Of a stretch of DNA of 64,000 nt, positions 17,959-28,100 are shown in pieces (within the stretch, counting starts at the first letter, position 1; each line of letters begins with the position of its first letter). The translations under genes were made by a program, and so were the position numbers. Origin of the DNA: Chloroflexota bacterium (GTDB lineage: Bacteria; Chloroflexota; Anaerolineae; Anaerolineales; Villigracilaceae); NCBI GenBank assembly GCA_049324895.1, contig JBMOMS010000173.1, forward strand, positions 708 to 64,707. Direction: 5' to 3'. Below the pieces are notes generated by a model, which saw only the letters and a list, made by a program, of their open reading frames with translations, was not told the origin of the DNA and searched no databases.

Positions 17959-18188
17959 AGTATACTCGGCGCGGTCATAAATTGCGGTTTTGTGTCGTCC
18001 GTTTCGCAGGGCTAAAGCCGCTTTCTCAGTTCATGGAAGCCCCTCGGGCTGGCGCAACAAATCGGTTTCAACCGACTTTCATGAACTGAGGCAGGAGCCT
18101 GCCCTGCGACCATCGGGAGTGTCGAAGGGTTAGTCCGACGGAACCCAATGAGCAAAAGCGCAATTTGTGCCCGTTTTCAGTATATACA
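17959..18188. repeat. Promoter-associated palindromic element, copy C, carrying an about 165-nt structured insert
   Basis: Arms are AGTATACTCGGCGCGGTCATAAATTGCGG and AGCGCAATTTGTGCCCGTTTTCAGTATATAC. The insert has nested helices at 18005-18012/18101-18108 and 18025-18035/18080-18090. Confidence 0.7.
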
Positions 18189-18429
18189 GAACTTTCTTAA
18201 AGTCGGGAGGCTCTTTTGTACACGGAAGACACGGATGGTTTTGTGTGAAAACGGAGGCGAGTTTTGCGCTGCCCGCGAATCGTGGAAGTGGAAGCCGTGA
18301 CTGTAAGAAGACCCTGGATCAGTATACTGCATTACATCCTGTGTGCAGTCCCAAATTTACAGCCGAAAACCGCTACGGTGTTTGATTAACCGCAAAGAAA
18401 GGGGCGCAAGTCTTCGATACAATCGGAGC

Positions 18430-19497
18430 ATGAAACTCAACTTTCGTTACCTGCCCCTAATTGTCCTGGCCATACTGGCCCTACTGCTGGCCCTATGGGC
18501 GGGCTTGTTGCGCATGGGCTGGAGCCTGCCCACCCTCACCAACCTGGCTCTCCAACACGGCCCACTGATGGTATGCGGTTTTCTGGGCGTGCTCATTCCG
18601 CTGGAACGCGCGGCGGCCATCCGTCAAACATGGATGTTCGCGGTTCCCGTAATCGCCGGGGTGGGATGGATAAGTCTGCTGTTCCTGCCCACGCTGGGAG
18701 CAGCGCTCCTGACCCTCGGCAGCCTGGGCACCCTGATAATTTTAGCAGTCATGGTGCAGCGCGAACCCCGAATGCATACCTTCAGCATGGCGGCGGGAGC
18801 GCTTACCTGGCTGGTTGGGAACATCCTGTGGATGGCGGGCATGCCCATCTTCCAGGTGGTGTTCTGGTGGATGACATTCCTGGTGTTGACCATCGGCGGT
18901 GAACGGCTCGAACTCAATCGCGTCCTGCGCCCCTCCACCCGCCAGACCCGCATTTTTGGCGGGCTGGCTGTCCTCCTGCTGGGCGGCACCCTTCTATCCA
19001 TCGTGGAGCACGCCTGGGGCGCGCGTCTCAGCGGGCTGTCCATGTTGCTGCTGTCTGCCTGGTTCCTGTGGAACGACCTGGCCCGCCGCAACCTGCGCCA
19101 CCCCAACCCACTCACCCGTTATATTGCGGCCTGCCTGTTCGGCGGCTTCCTATGGATGGGCATCTCGGGCGGCATGTTCCTCTTTTACGGGGCGCTCTAC
19201 GCAGGCCCGTTGTACGATGCGGCCCTGCACGCCCTGTTCGTGGGCTTTATCATTGGGATGGTCTTTGGGCACGCGCCTATTATCTTTCCCGCCCTCCTGG
19301 GCGCCCAGGCCCGCTTTCACCACGCCTTTTATGGGCATTTTCTCCTCCTGCATGCTTCGCTGATTCTGCGCATTGTGGGGAATCTGACGAATCAATTCGA
19401 GGCGCGCAAGTGGGGCGGCCTGCTAAACGAAGTTGCGATCCTGCTCTTTTTGGGTCTCACCGTGTATTCCATTGTCATCGAAAGGAAAACGCAGTAA
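18430..19497 (+). CDS. Polytopic membrane protein, NnrS-like (tentative)
   Basis: 355 aa with about 10-12 TM helices. His-containing motifs QHGPLMVCGF and HALFVGFIIGMVFGHAP resemble NnrS signatures. TACAAT lies 6 nt upstream of the ATG (leaderless). Confidence 0.6.
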   Translation: MKLNFRYLPLIVLAILALLLALWAGLLRMGWSLPTLTNLALQHGPLMVCGFLGVLIPLERAAAIRQTWMFAVPVIAGVGWISLLFLPTLGAALLTLGSLGTLIILAVMVQREPRMHTFSMAAGALTWLVGNILWMAGMPIFQVVFWWMTFLVLTIGGERLELNRVLRPSTRQTRIFGGLAVLLLGGTLLSIVEHAWGARLSGLSMLLLSAWFLWNDLARRNLRHPNPLTRYIAACLFGGFLWMGISGGMFLFYGALYAGPLYDAALHALFVGFIIGMVFGHAPIIFPALLGAQARFHHAFYGHFLLLHASLILRIVGNLTNQFEARKWGGLLNEVAILLFLGLTVYSIVIERKTQ

Positions 19498-19901
19498 TGC
19501 CTACCCTGACGCGCTGGTTTGTCAAATCTTCTTTTGTTTACCTGGTCCTGGGGCTGGTCATTGGCGTCTGGCAGCAGGTCCCCGAGGCAGCCCTGCCCGG
19601 GCTCTTCCCGATCTATCTGCACCTGCTGACCTTCGGCTGGCTGACGCAGTTGATCTTTGGAATTGCATTCTGGATGTTTCCCAAGCACAGCGCCGAACAC
19701 CCGCGCGGATACGAATGGCTGGGGTGGACGGCCTTTACCTGTATGAACCTGGGTCTGTTTCTACGGGCAGTCTTCGAGCCGCTCCACAGCGGTTCCCCGT
19801 CCACGCTGGGCGGCTGGATGCTCGTCGCCGCAGCGGTGTTGCAATGGGCTGCGGGACTGGCCTTCCTTGCCAATAGCTGGCCGCGCGTCAAGGTGAAATA
19901 A
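19497..19901 (+). CDS. 4-TM membrane protein, paralogue 1 (HxxxFGWLxQxxxGxAFWxxP motif)
   Basis: 134 aa. TAATG overlap with the upstream gene. Paralogous to the next ORF. Confidence 0.65.
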   Translation: MPTLTRWFVKSSFVYLVLGLVIGVWQQVPEAALPGLFPIYLHLLTFGWLTQLIFGIAFWMFPKHSAEHPRGYEWLGWTAFTCMNLGLFLRAVFEPLHSGSPSTLGGWMLVAAAVLQWAAGLAFLANSWPRVKVK

Positions 19902-19902
19902 G

Positions 19903-20331
19903 ATGCCGCGGCTGGCTGCTTATTTCCTGCGTTCTGCGCTGTTTTGCATGTTGCTCGGCTTCACCTTCGGCGGCCTGTTGCTGGCGAACAAAGGCGTCCC
20001 CTTTTCCCCGCTGGCCTGGATGCTGCTGCCGTCGCACATCGAGCTGGTCATCGCCGGCTGGCTGAGCCAACTGGCCCTGGGAACGGCATTTTGGATCCTG
20101 CCGCGCATCGCAGGCAGCGCCCCGCGCGGCGACGAAAGGTGGAGTTGGGCGGCCTTCTGGCTGCTGCAAGCCGGGCTGCTGACTGGGCTGCTGGCGCCCT
20201 TCCTGCCTGCGATCCCACACGGAATGGCGATCGCCCGCGCGCTGGAAGCCTGCGCCTTTGCCGCGTTTGCCATCGGCAACTGGGCCAGGGTGTATCCATT
20301 CCAGGTTCCCAACTGGGCAAAACGCACCTGA
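19903..20331 (+). CDS. 4-TM membrane protein, paralogue 2
   Basis: 142 aa. Starts 1 nt after the previous stop. Motif HIELVIAGWLSQLALGTAFWILP. Confidence 0.65.
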   Translation: MPRLAAYFLRSALFCMLLGFTFGGLLLANKGVPFSPLAWMLLPSHIELVIAGWLSQLALGTAFWILPRIAGSAPRGDERWSWAAFWLLQAGLLTGLLAPFLPAIPHGMAIARALEACAFAAFAIGNWARVYPFQVPNWAKRT

Positions 20332-20359
20332 AAAACAGGATTGGGGTATATTTGGGGAG

Positions 20360-21064
20360 ATGAATACCTCCCTGCCGGAAGTCGAAGATGCAATCCGCCG
20401 CGTAGCCGTGCTGCACGCGGCCACCGAAGATGACGTGCAAGCCATTGCCCGCATGGGCATCCTGCGCGCCGTGGAGGAGGGAGCTTTCTTCTTCCTTCAG
20501 GGAGAGCCGGCGCACTATCTATACATCCTCATCTCGGGGCGCGCCAAACTCTGCCAGATCGGCCTGGACGGGCAGCAGGTCAACCTGCGCACCCTTACGC
20601 CGCGCCAATTATTCGGGGCCGTTGGGGCGGTCGACCCTGCCGCCCACTATCCCGCCTGCGCCCAGGCGTTGGAAGACAGCGCCGCGTTGAGCATCCCCAG
20701 CGACAAGTTCCGCAACCTGCTGGAACAGCGCCCACACCTGTCGTTTGGTTTGATGAAGCTGATGACCGGCTATATCCAGGAAATGCAGGCCCGCTACCGA
20801 GAAATGGCAACCGAAAAGGTCGAACAGCGCATCGCCCGCGTCCTCTTGAGGCTGGCCGGGCAAACCGGCAAACGGGTGGAAGAAGGGGTATTAATCGAGC
20901 TGCCCTTTTCGCGCCAGGACCTGGCGGAAATGGCCGGGACCACCCTGTACACCGTCAGCCGCACATTAAAGGCCTGGGAAAAACAGGGCATCATCCTCGC
21001 TGCGCGTGAACTCGTGATTCTCAAAAAACCGCACGCTGTCATGCAGTTGGCCGAAGGGTTCTAA
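20360..21064 (+). CDS. Crp/Fnr-family transcriptional regulator (Dnr/NnrR-like by context)
   Basis: cNMP-binding-like N-domain and a C-terminal HTH (RQDLAEMAGTTLYTVSRTLK). The start is set at the ATG at 20360, after GGGGAG. Confidence 0.88.
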   Translation: MNTSLPEVEDAIRRVAVLHAATEDDVQAIARMGILRAVEEGAFFFLQGEPAHYLYILISGRAKLCQIGLDGQQVNLRTLTPRQLFGAVGAVDPAAHYPACAQALEDSAALSIPSDKFRNLLEQRPHLSFGLMKLMTGYIQEMQARYREMATEKVEQRIARVLLRLAGQTGKRVEEGVLIELPFSRQDLAEMAGTTLYTVSRTLKAWEKQGIILAARELVILKKPHAVMQLAEGF

Positions 21065-21095
21065 TTCCTGTCTTCCCGTCGTGGGTCTCTTTCCA

Positions 21096-21141
21096 CGCCC
21101 TCCCTCTTTGCGCTGGCGCAAAGAGGGAGGGCGTTTTTTTT
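21096..21141 (+). terminator. Intrinsic terminator
   Basis: 18-bp stem CGCCCTCCCTCTTTGCGC/GCGCAAAGAGGGAGGGCG followed by T8. Confidence 0.9.
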
Positions 21142-21155
21142 GCTATAGTGTCCGC

Positions 21156-21383
21156 ATGGAAACGCCACTGGAAGCCAATTGGACAGTCGGCCAGGTCATG
21201 CAGGTTCATCCACGGAGCATGGCCGGTTTTCTGGCCCTGAAAACCGCCTGTGTGGGCTGCCACCTGGTGTGGTTCTGCACACTCACTGAGGTTGCAGCCG
21301 CCTACCAGATGCCGCTGACCGTGCTGCTCGAAACGCTGAAGGAAGGCATCCAAACTTCAACCGAACAAGAGGAGAAGCCATGA
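21156..21383 (+). CDS. DUF1858 (ScdA-N/hybrid-cluster-associated redox disulfide) domain protein
   Basis: 75 aa (TVGQVMQVHPRSMAGFLALKTACVGCHL). TGcTATAGT lies 6 nt upstream (leaderless). ATGA overlap with nirS. Confidence 0.75.
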   Translation: METPLEANWTVGQVMQVHPRSMAGFLALKTACVGCHLVWFCTLTEVAAAYQMPLTVLLETLKEGIQTSTEQEEKP

Positions 21384-23800
21384 AAGCAAGCATCCTGATC
21401 AAGACTGGCCTGCTACTCCTGCTGGCGGCCGCGTTGTTGGCTGCCTGCGGACAGGTCAAGCCGGTGGTCAACACCGAATACATCCTGACCGCCTCCATGC
21501 GGGACGGGAACTTCGTCTACCTGGGCGTGGACGGCGAGATCAATGGACTGGTCAACCCGGCCCTGCGTGCCAAGCCAGGCGAACGCATCACCGTCATGCT
21601 GGTCAACGGCGGGGAAGGCACACACGACATCGTTTTCGACCTGCCAACCGGGCAGGCCAAATCAGACGCTGTTACCAAACAGGGTGAAACCACCTCCATC
21701 ACCTTTACCGTGCCAAATGAGAATGTGGCCGTTGAATATTACGATTCCACCCACGAAAAGTTGGGCATGAAGGGCGTCCTGCTGGTGGGCCAGGTGGCAG
21801 GAGAGGAGCCGCAAGCAGGCCCTGCCGACCAACCCCCAGCCGAAACCACGGCGGAAAAGCCAGCCGGCCTGTACGACCGGGAACTAGCCGCACAGGCCAT
21901 TCAAAAGGGCGGATGCGTGGCCTGCCATGTCATCCCGGGCGTCCCGGGCGCAGTGGGCACAATCGGCCCGGACCTGAGTGAGATCGGCGCGGTCATTGCA
22001 GGGCGCATGGACAGCGGAGAATACACCGGCATGTCGAAATCGGTCGAGGAGTACCTGGCTGAATCGATCCAGTCGCCAGACGCATTCATTGCGCCCGATT
22101 GCCCGACCGGCCCCTGCGCCAAAGGTGTGATGCCCGCCTCGCTGGCGCAGGTTCTGAGCGCAGACGAACTGAAAGCCGTAACGGCCTACCTGGCAGCCCT
22201 GCCCGACGGGGCCGCCCCGCCCGCCGAAACGGCCTCCACCGCCCCCGCGGGGGAAGCGCCCGCCCTCACCGACCAGGAATTCGATTGGGCCAAGCAGACC
22301 TTCTTCCAGCGCTGCGCAGGCTGTCACGGCACGCTGCGCAAGGGTGCCACTGGGCCGTCATTGACGCCCGACGTAACCCTGCCCAAAGGCACGCTTGGGC
22401 TGGCAGCCATCATCTTCAACGGCACCACACGCGGCATGCCCGATTGGGGCAAGCAGGGCATCCTAACCCAGGCCGAAACCGAGATCATGGCCAAATTCCT
22501 TCAAAACGAACCGCCCGCCCCACCCGAGCTGTCCCTGCAAGAGATGCAGGCCTCGTGGCAGCTGATTACACCGGTCGAGCAGCGCCCGACCGCGCCGCAA
22601 ACCACGCGCAATATCGCCAACTATTTCATCGTCACCCTGCGCGATGCCGGCAAGGTAGCCATCATCGACGGCGACACCAAGGAGATCGTCAGCGAAGTGG
22701 ACAGCGGCTACGCCGTGCATATCACACGCATGTCAGCCAGCGGGCGCTACGCCTACGTCATCGGGCGCGACGGGCGGCTGGCGTTGATCGACCTATGGAT
22801 GGAGATCCCGGCCGTGGTGGCGCGTGTGCAGACCTGTTACGATGCCCGCTCGGTGGAAGTGAGCAAGTACGAAGGCCCCGAAGGCGATTTCCGCGACAAG
22901 TACGCCATTACCGGCTGTTACTGGCCCCCGCACTTCGCCATCCTCGACGGGCAAACCCTCGAACCGATCAAGGTCGTCTCCAGCCGCAGCTACACCGTGG
23001 ACACAGGCGAATTCCACCCCGAGCCGCGCGTGGCCAGCATCCTGGCCTCTGAATACCACCCCGAGTGGGTCGTAAACGTCAAGGAGACCGGCCTGATCTG
23101 GATCGTGAACTACACCGACCTGCAAAACCTGTCCATCAAACAGATCGAAGCCTCGCGCTTCCTGCACGATGGCGGCCTGGATTCTACCCACCGCTACTTC
23201 CTGGTGGCGGCCAACCAATCCAACCAGATTGCGGTAGTCGACCTGAAGGAAAACACCCTGACCGCCATCACGGATGTGGGCCAGGTTCCACACCCCGGGC
23301 GCGGCGCCAACTGGATAGACCCCGAGTTTGGCCCCGTCTGGTCCACCCCGCACCTGGGCGAAGCCTCGATTGTATCCGTGGCAACCGACCCTGTGGGATT
23401 TCCCCAGAACGCATGGAAATCAGTGCGCACCACACCCCTGCCCGGCTCCGGCAGCCTGTTCATCAAGACCCACCCCAACAGTCCCTGGATCTGGGTGGAT
23501 ATGACCCTCAACTCGGATCCGCTGCTGGCACGCACGATTTGTGTCATCGCCAAGTCCGACCCATCCAAGGTGCATAAATGCTGGGAAGTGGGCACGTATG
23601 GACGCGCAGTCCACTTCGAATATAACCAGGATGGAACAGAGGTGTGGGTCAGCCTGTGGGGCGATGCAGCTCAACCCGGCCAGACCGGCGAGATCGTCAT
23701 CTACGATGACGCGACCCTGGAGGAAAAGGCGCGCATCACCGACCTGATTACCCCGACCGGCAAGTTCAACGTGTATAATACAGTCAACGACGTTTACTAA
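21380..23800 (+). CDS. nirS: Cytochrome cd1 nitrite reductase fused to an N-terminal lipoprotein signal, a cupredoxin-like domain and an extra cytochrome c domain
   Basis: 806 aa. Lipobox LLAAC. Cupredoxin-like region at aa 30-136. CxxCH at aa 179-183 and 312-316 (QRCAGCHGTLRKGATGPSLTPD is NirS-typical). C-terminal d1 beta-propeller region. Confidence 0.9.
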   Translation: MKASILIKTGLLLLLAAALLAACGQVKPVVNTEYILTASMRDGNFVYLGVDGEINGLVNPALRAKPGERITVMLVNGGEGTHDIVFDLPTGQAKSDAVTKQGETTSITFTVPNENVAVEYYDSTHEKLGMKGVLLVGQVAGEEPQAGPADQPPAETTAEKPAGLYDRELAAQAIQKGGCVACHVIPGVPGAVGTIGPDLSEIGAVIAGRMDSGEYTGMSKSVEEYLAESIQSPDAFIAPDCPTGPCAKGVMPASLAQVLSADELKAVTAYLAALPDGAAPPAETASTAPAGEAPALTDQEFDWAKQTFFQRCAGCHGTLRKGATGPSLTPDVTLPKGTLGLAAIIFNGTTRGMPDWGKQGILTQAETEIMAKFLQNEPPAPPELSLQEMQASWQLITPVEQRPTAPQTTRNIANYFIVTLRDAGKVAIIDGDTKEIVSEVDSGYAVHITRMSASGRYAYVIGRDGRLALIDLWMEIPAVVARVQTCYDARSVEVSKYEGPEGDFRDKYAITGCYWPPHFAILDGQTLEPIKVVSSRSYTVDTGEFHPEPRVASILASEYHPEWVVNVKETGLIWIVNYTDLQNLSIKQIEASRFLHDGGLDSTHRYFLVAANQSNQIAVVDLKENTLTAITDVGQVPHPGRGANWIDPEFGPVWSTPHLGEASIVSVATDPVGFPQNAWKSVRTTPLPGSGSLFIKTHPNSPWIWVDMTLNSDPLLARTICVIAKSDPSKVHKCWEVGTYGRAVHFEYNQDGTEVWVSLWGDAAQPGQTGEIVIYDDATLEEKARITDLITPTGKFNVYNTVNDVY

Positions 23801-23819
23801 ACCGTTGCCCCAATCGACT

Positions 23820-23851
23820 ACGCCCCGCCTGGAAGCGGGGCGTTTCTGTTT
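23820..23851. terminator. Intrinsic terminator between the convergent nirS and HEAT-repeat genes
   Basis: ACGCCCCGC-CTGGAA-GCGGGGCGT followed by TTCTGTTT. Confidence 0.85.
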
Positions 23852-23867
23852 ACACAGCCTCCCAAGC

Positions 23868-25007
23868 TTACGGGGCGTTCAGCAGCTCGCGGGCCAGGGC
23901 CGAGAATTCGCGGTCGGCGCGCTGGTTGGCGATCTCACGCAGGGCCGAGAGGGCGGCCAGGTCGCGCAGGCGGCCCAGGGCCAGGATGGCCTGTTTCTGC
24001 ACGCTGCGCTCGGGGTCCTGCAACATGCCGACCAGCAGCGGGGAGACGCGCGCGTCCTGGATCATGCCCAGGCCGAGGATGGCGTGCTCGCGCACGTCGA
24101 TCTCGGGGTGGTGCAGGGCCTCAGCCAGGAAGTCGACGGCGGGGGCGCCCAGGCTGCCCAGGGCCAGGGCGGCCACGCGTCCGACCTCGTGGTGCAGGTC
24201 ATAGAGCGCCATGCCGAGTTCCTCGACCGCGCGCAGGTCCCGCAGCTCACCCAGGACCAGGGCCGCAAACTTGCGCACCGTGCCCTCGCGGTCGGCCAGG
24301 GCGGCGATCAGCGGCTCGACGGCCTCCGCGCCCATCTTCACGATGGCTTGCAGCAGGTCGCCGGCCGCCTGTTCGCGCTCGTACCACCAGAACGAGTCGC
24401 GCAGGGCCTCCATCAGGTAGGGCAATGCGGCGGTGTGCTGGGTCTCGCCCAGCGCGCGCGCCGCGGCCTGGCGGACTTCGATCTTCTGGTCGTCGAGCAG
24501 CAGCCCGGCCAGGTCGTCGAAGGTATCGGGGTCGCGGAATTTTCCCACCGCCAACGCGGCCCAGATGCGCACCTCCGGCTCGGGGTCCTTGAGCGCCCGC
24601 AGCAGGTGCGGCAGGGTCTGCGGTTCGCGGATCAGCCCCAGGGCGGCGGCGGCGCGGGCGCGCACGGTGAAGAACTCGCCCTGCAGGGCCTCCAGCAGCG
24701 GGGGCAGGATGGCGCGGTCACGAATCTGCGCCAGGATGTCCACCGCCTGCGCGCGGACGAGCGGGTGCGCGCTTTGCACCGCCTTGGCCAGCGCGGGCAG
24801 GGCCGGCGACCCGATGCGGGCCAGGAGTCGCCCGGCAAGCGGGGGCAGGCCCGGGTCCCGGTCTTGCAGCGCATCCACCAGGGCGGGCGCGGCTTCCGCT
24901 CCCAGGCGGATCAATTCCTGGGCGGCCCGCTCCCGTTTGGCGGGGTCGGTCAACTGCCCGATCCACTTCCTTGCATCCGTTTGAGGTCCACCAGTGAGCC
25001 AGTTCAT
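23868..25007 (-). CDS. HEAT-repeat (PBS-lyase-like) protein
   Basis: 379 aa of tandem about 31-aa repeats (D.RVR..AA.ALG..). TAAAAT lies 6 nt upstream of the ATG. Confidence 0.8.
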   Translation of the reverse strand: MNWLTGGPQTDARKWIGQLTDPAKRERAAQELIRLGAEAAPALVDALQDRDPGLPPLAGRLLARIGSPALPALAKAVQSAHPLVRAQAVDILAQIRDRAILPPLLEALQGEFFTVRARAAAALGLIREPQTLPHLLRALKDPEPEVRIWAALAVGKFRDPDTFDDLAGLLLDDQKIEVRQAAARALGETQHTAALPYLMEALRDSFWWYEREQAAGDLLQAIVKMGAEAVEPLIAALADREGTVRKFAALVLGELRDLRAVEELGMALYDLHHEVGRVAALALGSLGAPAVDFLAEALHHPEIDVREHAILGLGMIQDARVSPLLVGMLQDPERSVQKQAILALGRLRDLAALSALREIANQRADREFSALARELLNAP

Positions 25008-25127
25008 GCTTCTATTTTACTCCAGTCGAAGCGGGCTGCCGCGCCGCAGGCTTGGGCCGGGCCGGCAAAACAGGCAATGGGTAGAAAAAAAGCGCTTCTT
25101 ATGCTATGCTAGTGCTACTTACTGACC

Positions 25128-28100
25128 ATGAAGCATCGCTCTGTGTTCACGCTTGGTATTCTGGCAGGCGGCATCCTTTGGGTCGCGGGGACAGCCATCC
25201 TCCTGCTCCCCATCCACGTACAGATTCTCTTCGGAATCCCCGGGGATTGGCACGGCCTGCCCCTGGGGATTCTTTTCATCCTTGCGGCGCTGGGCAACCT
25301 CATGGCATTGCTGGTTCCGTCCGGTCTTCGCCAGGGCAATGCCCTGTTCCTGTTCGGCAGCGCCATGCTGGGCCTGTTGGGCTGGCTGCACCTGCGGGCC
25401 GGGCTTCACGTGGAAGGCAGCCTGGTGATATCCGTGACGGTGGCCCACCTGGCGGCCCTGCACGGACAGGACGGCGACGGGCGCTTCGACCGGAGGCTGC
25501 TGCCCGTTGCGCTGCTGGCTGCCAACGCGCTGGCGGGCCTGACCCTGCTGCTGTTTCCGCCCACAGAAGGGCTGACCCCCATGCGCTGGACGCTGGCCGG
25601 CCTCTTCCTCGGCTCGGCGGCGGCGGGCGGGTTGGCCGTCTTTCGTCCCAACCTGCGCGCGGCTCCCATCCTGGAGAAAGCTCTGGGCCTCGCCTGGCTG
25701 GCCTGGGTGCTGGCCGGCCTGGGAGCGCCCAGCCTGCCAAACTGGATCGCGCCGGGGCTGCTCCTGGCGATTCTCCTGTTCGAGCCGGCCATACCCTGGG
25801 CGGCAATCGTGCTGCCCGAAAACGATATCCTGGGAAAGCGGCTGGTGTTCTACGCAGGCGCGGCCCTGTGCATCTCGGCCGGGTTCCTGGCGGCCCTGCT
25901 GAAGTTGATCGACCTGTCGCTGCTGGCCCTGGAATCGCCGCTGGCAGCGCTCAAGGTGCGCGAGGCCAGCTTCATCCTGTTCAACCTGGGCGCCCTGGTC
26001 CTATCGCACGGCGTCTTCACCGCGGCCCTGACCATCAACGGGCTGATGCGCGGCGGCAGGGAGGCCATCGACCTGGGCCATTCCTGGAAGCGGCGGGTGG
26101 ATCGTTTTCTGCACCCCCTGGTGCATACCCAGGAAGGCCTGCGCGCGCGCCTGGAGGCCCAGGAGGACCAGATCAACGCGCTCAGCCGCCAACTGGCCCT
26201 GGAAAAACGGCGCAGCGAACAATTGACCCTGCTGGCCGAATTGAGCCAGCAATTGGAGGCCCAACTCGACCAGCCCGTGGCCGCCCAGTTGACCATCAAC
26301 ACGCTCGAACGGGCCATTCCCAGCAGTTTCATCTGCCTGTACCTGCACGAACCCGAGCGGCGTGAATACGTGGCGCTGGCCACGGCCGGGCGGATGCTGC
26401 ACCGGGTGCCGCCCGGCTACCGCCAGGGCATCACCCAGGGCGCCCTGGGACGGGTCACCCATACCCGCAAGACCCAGTTGATCTACGATACGCGGCTCGA
26501 CCCGCACTACATCACCTTCAACAAGGACGAACCGCCCGGGTCCTGCATCCTCATTCCCCTCATCTACACGGGACACATCAAGGGCATCATCGAAATCGTC
26601 AGCGACCAGATCGACGCCTTTTCGAGCGCAGACGTGGCCCTGGCCGAAACCATGAGCATGGAACTGGTGCGGGCCTGGGAACGGTCGAGCTATCAGTACC
26701 GCCTGATGGAATTGATCCAGGCGGGCATCTCGCTTTCGACCATGATCGATCCCGAAGCCACCGTGCAGGAGATCGCCTCCATCGCGCGGCGCACCCTGGA
26801 GGCGCGCTTCACCTACGTTTCGCTGCTGTTCGACCGCGAGGGTAACCTGACCCAAAAGGCCTACGCAGGCCAGGCGCCGCGCCTGTTGGAATCGCTGGAC
26901 AAAGAGACCAACCACCCTGCCCTGCTGCAGGCCAGCATGAACGCGCTGCAGCCCTTCCGCGTGCGCGACATCCGCAAATATTCGCACCGCTCGGGCATCG
27001 AGATCGACCACAACGGGCTGCGCAGCCTGCTGGTGGTGCCCATCCGCCTGCACCGCCTGAACATCGGTTCGATCCTGGCCTTCGGCAAGCAGGGCGAGGT
27101 GTTCTTCACCGAGAACGACGAGGCGCTGGCCCGCCTGCTGGCCTCCGAGGCGGCGGCGGCCATCGAAAGCGTCTGGCTGCAACAGGAATTGCGCACCACC
27201 CTGCGCACCACGCGCCTGCTGTACGAGTTGAGCTACCAGATCATCCAGGCGGAGGAATTGCGCGAGGCCGCGCGGCACATCGCCGAGATGGCGCATCGCC
27301 TGGCCCAGGCGGTCGTCACGGGCATCGTGTTGTTCAGCCCCAACTTCGAGATCGAAGCCGAACTCGAAGTCGACTCGACCGGCATCCGCCTGGAGCCGGA
27401 GCACCCGATGGACATGATCGACAAGGTGGTGCGCAGCGGGCGGGTCATCTACCAGTCCATCGACCAGCACTACTCGCGGGTCTGCCTTCCGATCCAGACG
27501 CCGATGCGAAAATACGGCGCGCTCTGGCTGACGGTCCAGGAGATTCGCGGATACAAATCGGGCAGTCCCGCCGACCTGCAAACCCTGGTCAACCAGGCGG
27601 CCCTGGCGCTGGAACGCGCCATCCTGCTGGTCGAATCGCGGCGGCAGGCCCACGAGATCGAAGCGGCCTACCGCGAGTTGGAACGCGCCTACGACAACAC
27701 CCTGGCGGCGCTCATGTCTGCCCTGGATGCGCGCGACCGGGAAACGGAGGGCCACAGCACGCGCGTCAGCCGGCTGGCGGTCTGCCTGGGCGAGGCCCTC
27801 AAACTCCCCGCCGCGCAGCTCAAGGCGCTGGAGCGCGGCTCGCTGCTGCACGACATCGGCAAGATTGGCGTCAGCGATACCATCCTGCACAAGCCCGGCC
27901 CGTTGACCGAACAGGAGTGGGCCAGTATGCGCCTGCATCCTGACATCGGCGCGCAGATCGTGGAAGACATCCCCTTCCTGCAGGAGACCCTGCCCGTGAT
28001 CCGCCATCACCAGGAACGCTGGGACGGAAGCGGGTATCCCAGCGGGTTGAAGGGCAGCGACATTCCCCTGCTGGCGCGCGTCTTCGCCGTGGTGGATGCC

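Noticed and set aside
18005-18108. Independent small RNA or riboswitch in the isochorismatase / NnrS-like intergenic region
   Set aside because: The well-folded element lies between the two divergent -10 boxes of palindromic element C. It would therefore not be part of either flanking transcript, and it is more parsimoniously a nested insertion (reported under the repeat finding).
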